A DNA stretch of 46,344 nucleotides. Origin: an uncultured bacterium. Lineage in GTDB: Bacteria; Hydrothermota; Tepidihabitantia; Tepidihabitantales; Tepidihabitantaceae. The DNA lies in assembly GCA_964485845.1 (NCBI GenBank), contig CAZAKP010000002.1, positions 1-46,344 on the forward strand, written 5' to 3'. Within the stretch, counting starts at the first letter, position 1; every line of letters begins with the position of its first letter. Under the pieces are notes generated by a model. That model worked only from the letters and a program-made list of their open reading frames with translations. It did not search any database and was not told the origin of the DNA. The position numbers and the translations under genes were made by a program. Of the stretch, positions 45,206 to 46,344 are shown piece after piece.

Positions 45206-45442
45206 CTATTCCTCCTTTTCCGAGTTTCGATGTATGCGAACGCCGCCGACAAGCACGCCGCACACTGCCGCACTCATCGCGCCGCAGCATGCCCCGGTGA
45301 TGACCCCATCCTTGCCCCGGCTGATCGCCATCAGGGCCACACCCGACATGGCGACGATGACGAGCGCCACGAGCGCTGCCAGTACGTAAAAACGCCGGCC
45401 GGAAGCATACGGGCACATCGCCGGGCCGGGGCAGCGTCTCAC
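45206..45442 (-). CDS. Small hydrophobic ORF (GACCGAMSAAVCG motif), weakly supported
   Basis: An ORF with one or two TM segments lies directly upstream of 44824..45204 on the same strand. No clear RBS is present. Confidence 0.2.
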   Translation of the reverse strand: MRRCPGPAMCPYASGRRFYVLAALVALVIVAMSGVALMAISRGKDGVITGACCGAMSAAVCGVLVGGVRIHRNSEKEE

Positions 45443-45568
45443 GAGGGCAGACCCCGGGGCCTACCCCGGACGATTCGGGGTATAGTCCGGTGCGTCACTA
45501 GGCGTACCTTTCGGTCACAAACCTATGGTGCCACCCGGAAAGTCGATGTCAAGGCAAATCTACTTGTA

Positions 45569-45790
45569 AGTGGATAAGCCTGTTGATAGTCCAGTGGAAC
45601 AGCCAAAAAGGGCGGTTTTTGGGTATATCCCGGGGGCAAGAATGGGGATAGAATGTGGACAACTCGCCCATCTCGGCATGGTTGTGCATGTCGCGCGTAC
45701 TATGCGGGTGGGGGTATCGCATTACTTATCCCCATGTATCCACATCCCAACAACAACAGCAATCTTATAGATATCATTTGTTGTTGTTCC
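45569..45790. promoter_or_regulatory. Low-GC non-coding region with four DnaA-box-like 9-mers and an AT-rich hairpin
   Basis: The 9-mers are the reverse complement of AGTGGATAAG giving TTATCCACT (45569-45578), the reverse complement of TGTGGACAA giving TTGTCCACA (45654-45662), TTATCCCCA (45726-45734) and GTATCCACA (45736-45744, spaced 10 nt from the previous). The hairpin is AACAACAACA-(20 nt AT-rich)-TGTTGTTGTT (45749-45788). Confidence 0.4.
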
Positions 45791-45956
45791 GGAAGGGAGC
45801 GTCCCGCGAGCCGAAAACCGGGCGCAAGACCATGGGCAGTCCCACGCGGGGGCCGGTCCCGGAACCCCCGCCAAATGCCCTTCCGCACGACAGAGCCGGC
45901 CCGCTGTTGCGTCCGGACTACCTGGACGGGGAAAGGAAGCTGCCATTCGGGATCTG

Positions 45957-46040
45957 AGCCCGATATTGAGCCCCGGATTTCACGGCGCGCGGCGGGGGGC
46001 AAGTCAGACTGCAGAATGCGGAGAGCAAAACGCAGAACGC
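45957..46040. repeat. Repeat element copy D (partial, inverted orientation)
   Basis: CCCGATATTGAGCCCCGGATTTCACGGCGCGCGGCGG ... GCAAGTCAGACTGCAGAATGC aligns base-for-base with the reverse complement of copy C's right end (CCGATATTGAACCACCGAGTTCACAGCGCGCGTCGG ... GCAAGTCAAACTGCAAAATGC). Confidence 0.6.
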
Positions 46041-46105
46041 CGCACACTCTCCGCGACCTCGGCGGTTGACAGGCCGGAGAAGCGGGCTAGGATGGAGGAG
46101 TGAAG

Positions 46106-46276
46106 ATGGCCTGGTTGATTTATTGGCCGCTATTGCTCGTGGTGGCGGCGGCGGTTGCGGCGGGGGTAGCCGTCATTGTGCGAAGGCTGCGGCACCAGGG
46201 GGATAATCCGTTCATCGTGCCGCCGCCGGAGGGTGAGGACCGAGGGGATGGTTCAACCACGGATGAACGCAGATGA
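46106..46276 (+). CDS. Small single-TM protein (56 aa), absent from the ORF track
   Basis: RBS GGAGGAG lies 5 nt upstream of ATG. The protein reads MAWLIYWPLLLVVAAAVAAGVAVIVRRLRHQGDNPF ... . Its 3' end overlaps repeat-like sequence (GGTTCAACCACGG ... TTCAGAG x3). Confidence 0.35.
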   Translation: MAWLIYWPLLLVVAAAVAAGVAVIVRRLRHQGDNPFIVPPPEGEDRGDGSTTDERR

Positions 46277-46344
46277 GGCGGAGAGGGACAGTTCAGAGTT
46301 CAGAATTCAGAGACCAGAATGCAGAGTGGCGGACACGGAGCGGA

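Noticed and set aside
1-46344. CRISPR array, rRNA or tRNA genes, prophage or integrase, IS transposase
   Set aside because: No regularly spaced direct repeats with unique spacers were found, nor rRNA or tRNA signatures. No integrase or transposase-like ORF is present. The repeats found are irregular palindromic elements.

Overview
This is a high-GC (~65%), gene-dense bacterial chromosomal segment. Three secreted proteins carry T9SS-type C-terminal sorting domains, and the window also encodes a superoxide reductase and a two-subunit 2-oxoacid:ferredoxin oxidoreductase. By inference this points to an anaerobic or microaerophilic member of an FCB-group or candidate phylum, probably a metagenome-assembled genome.

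Content from 5' to 3':

- **Signal-transduction cluster, 79..11023.** A CheB/CheR methylesterase-methyltransferase fusion with a coiled coil and PAS, a multi-sensor PAS-GAF-PAS histidine kinase, a triple-PAS protein, a histidine-kinase core, two single-domain response regulators, a receiver/histidine-kinase hybrid that is frameshifted inside an 8-nt tandem repeat, and a sigma54-dependent NtrC-type activator.
- **Stress genes, 11204..15543.** A DUF2202 ferritin-like lipoprotein, a CotA/CueO-like multicopper oxidase with Met-rich inserts and a T9SS tail, the first member of an uncharacterised ~200-aa secreted family, and a universal stress protein.
- **Partial Tad-like locus, 15839..19662.** TadG-like, TadE-like and CpaF ATPase genes.
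- **Miscellaneous and redox-stress genes, 19752..25183.** A lipoprotein, a LUD-like protein, an APC permease, a Spy/CpxP-like periplasmic protein, a hemerythrin-like protein, an NTF2-like protein and an ElaB/DUF883 protein.
- **26122..30652.** A TIGR03118-like beta-propeller, an overlapping two-gene cassette of unknown function, and a second multicopper oxidase paralog.
- **NHEJ locus, 30951..33675.** Two tandem Ku genes plus a stand-alone LigD polymerase/primase domain.
- **33759..36278.** An 843-aa T9SS-tailed secreted protein.
- **Encapsulin nanocompartment operon, 36795..38341.** Superoxide reductase, an EncFtn-type cargo with a TVGSLI targeting peptide, and a family-1 encapsulin shell.
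- **38739..41535.** korA/korB-type 2-oxoacid:ferredoxin oxidoreductase.
- **41892..44738.** A second and third paralog of the secreted family, flanking a second beta-propeller paralog.
- **44824..46276.** Small membrane proteins and a low-GC non-coding stretch containing clustered DnaA-box-like 9-mers.

Several short repeat families are visible by eye: a MITE-like element with CACAGAG-type inverted termini present in four copies, a GGGAC/GTCCC nested-palindrome family, CCCTC/GAGGG hairpin clusters, and an 8-nt coding microsatellite. No rRNA, tRNA or CRISPR was found.
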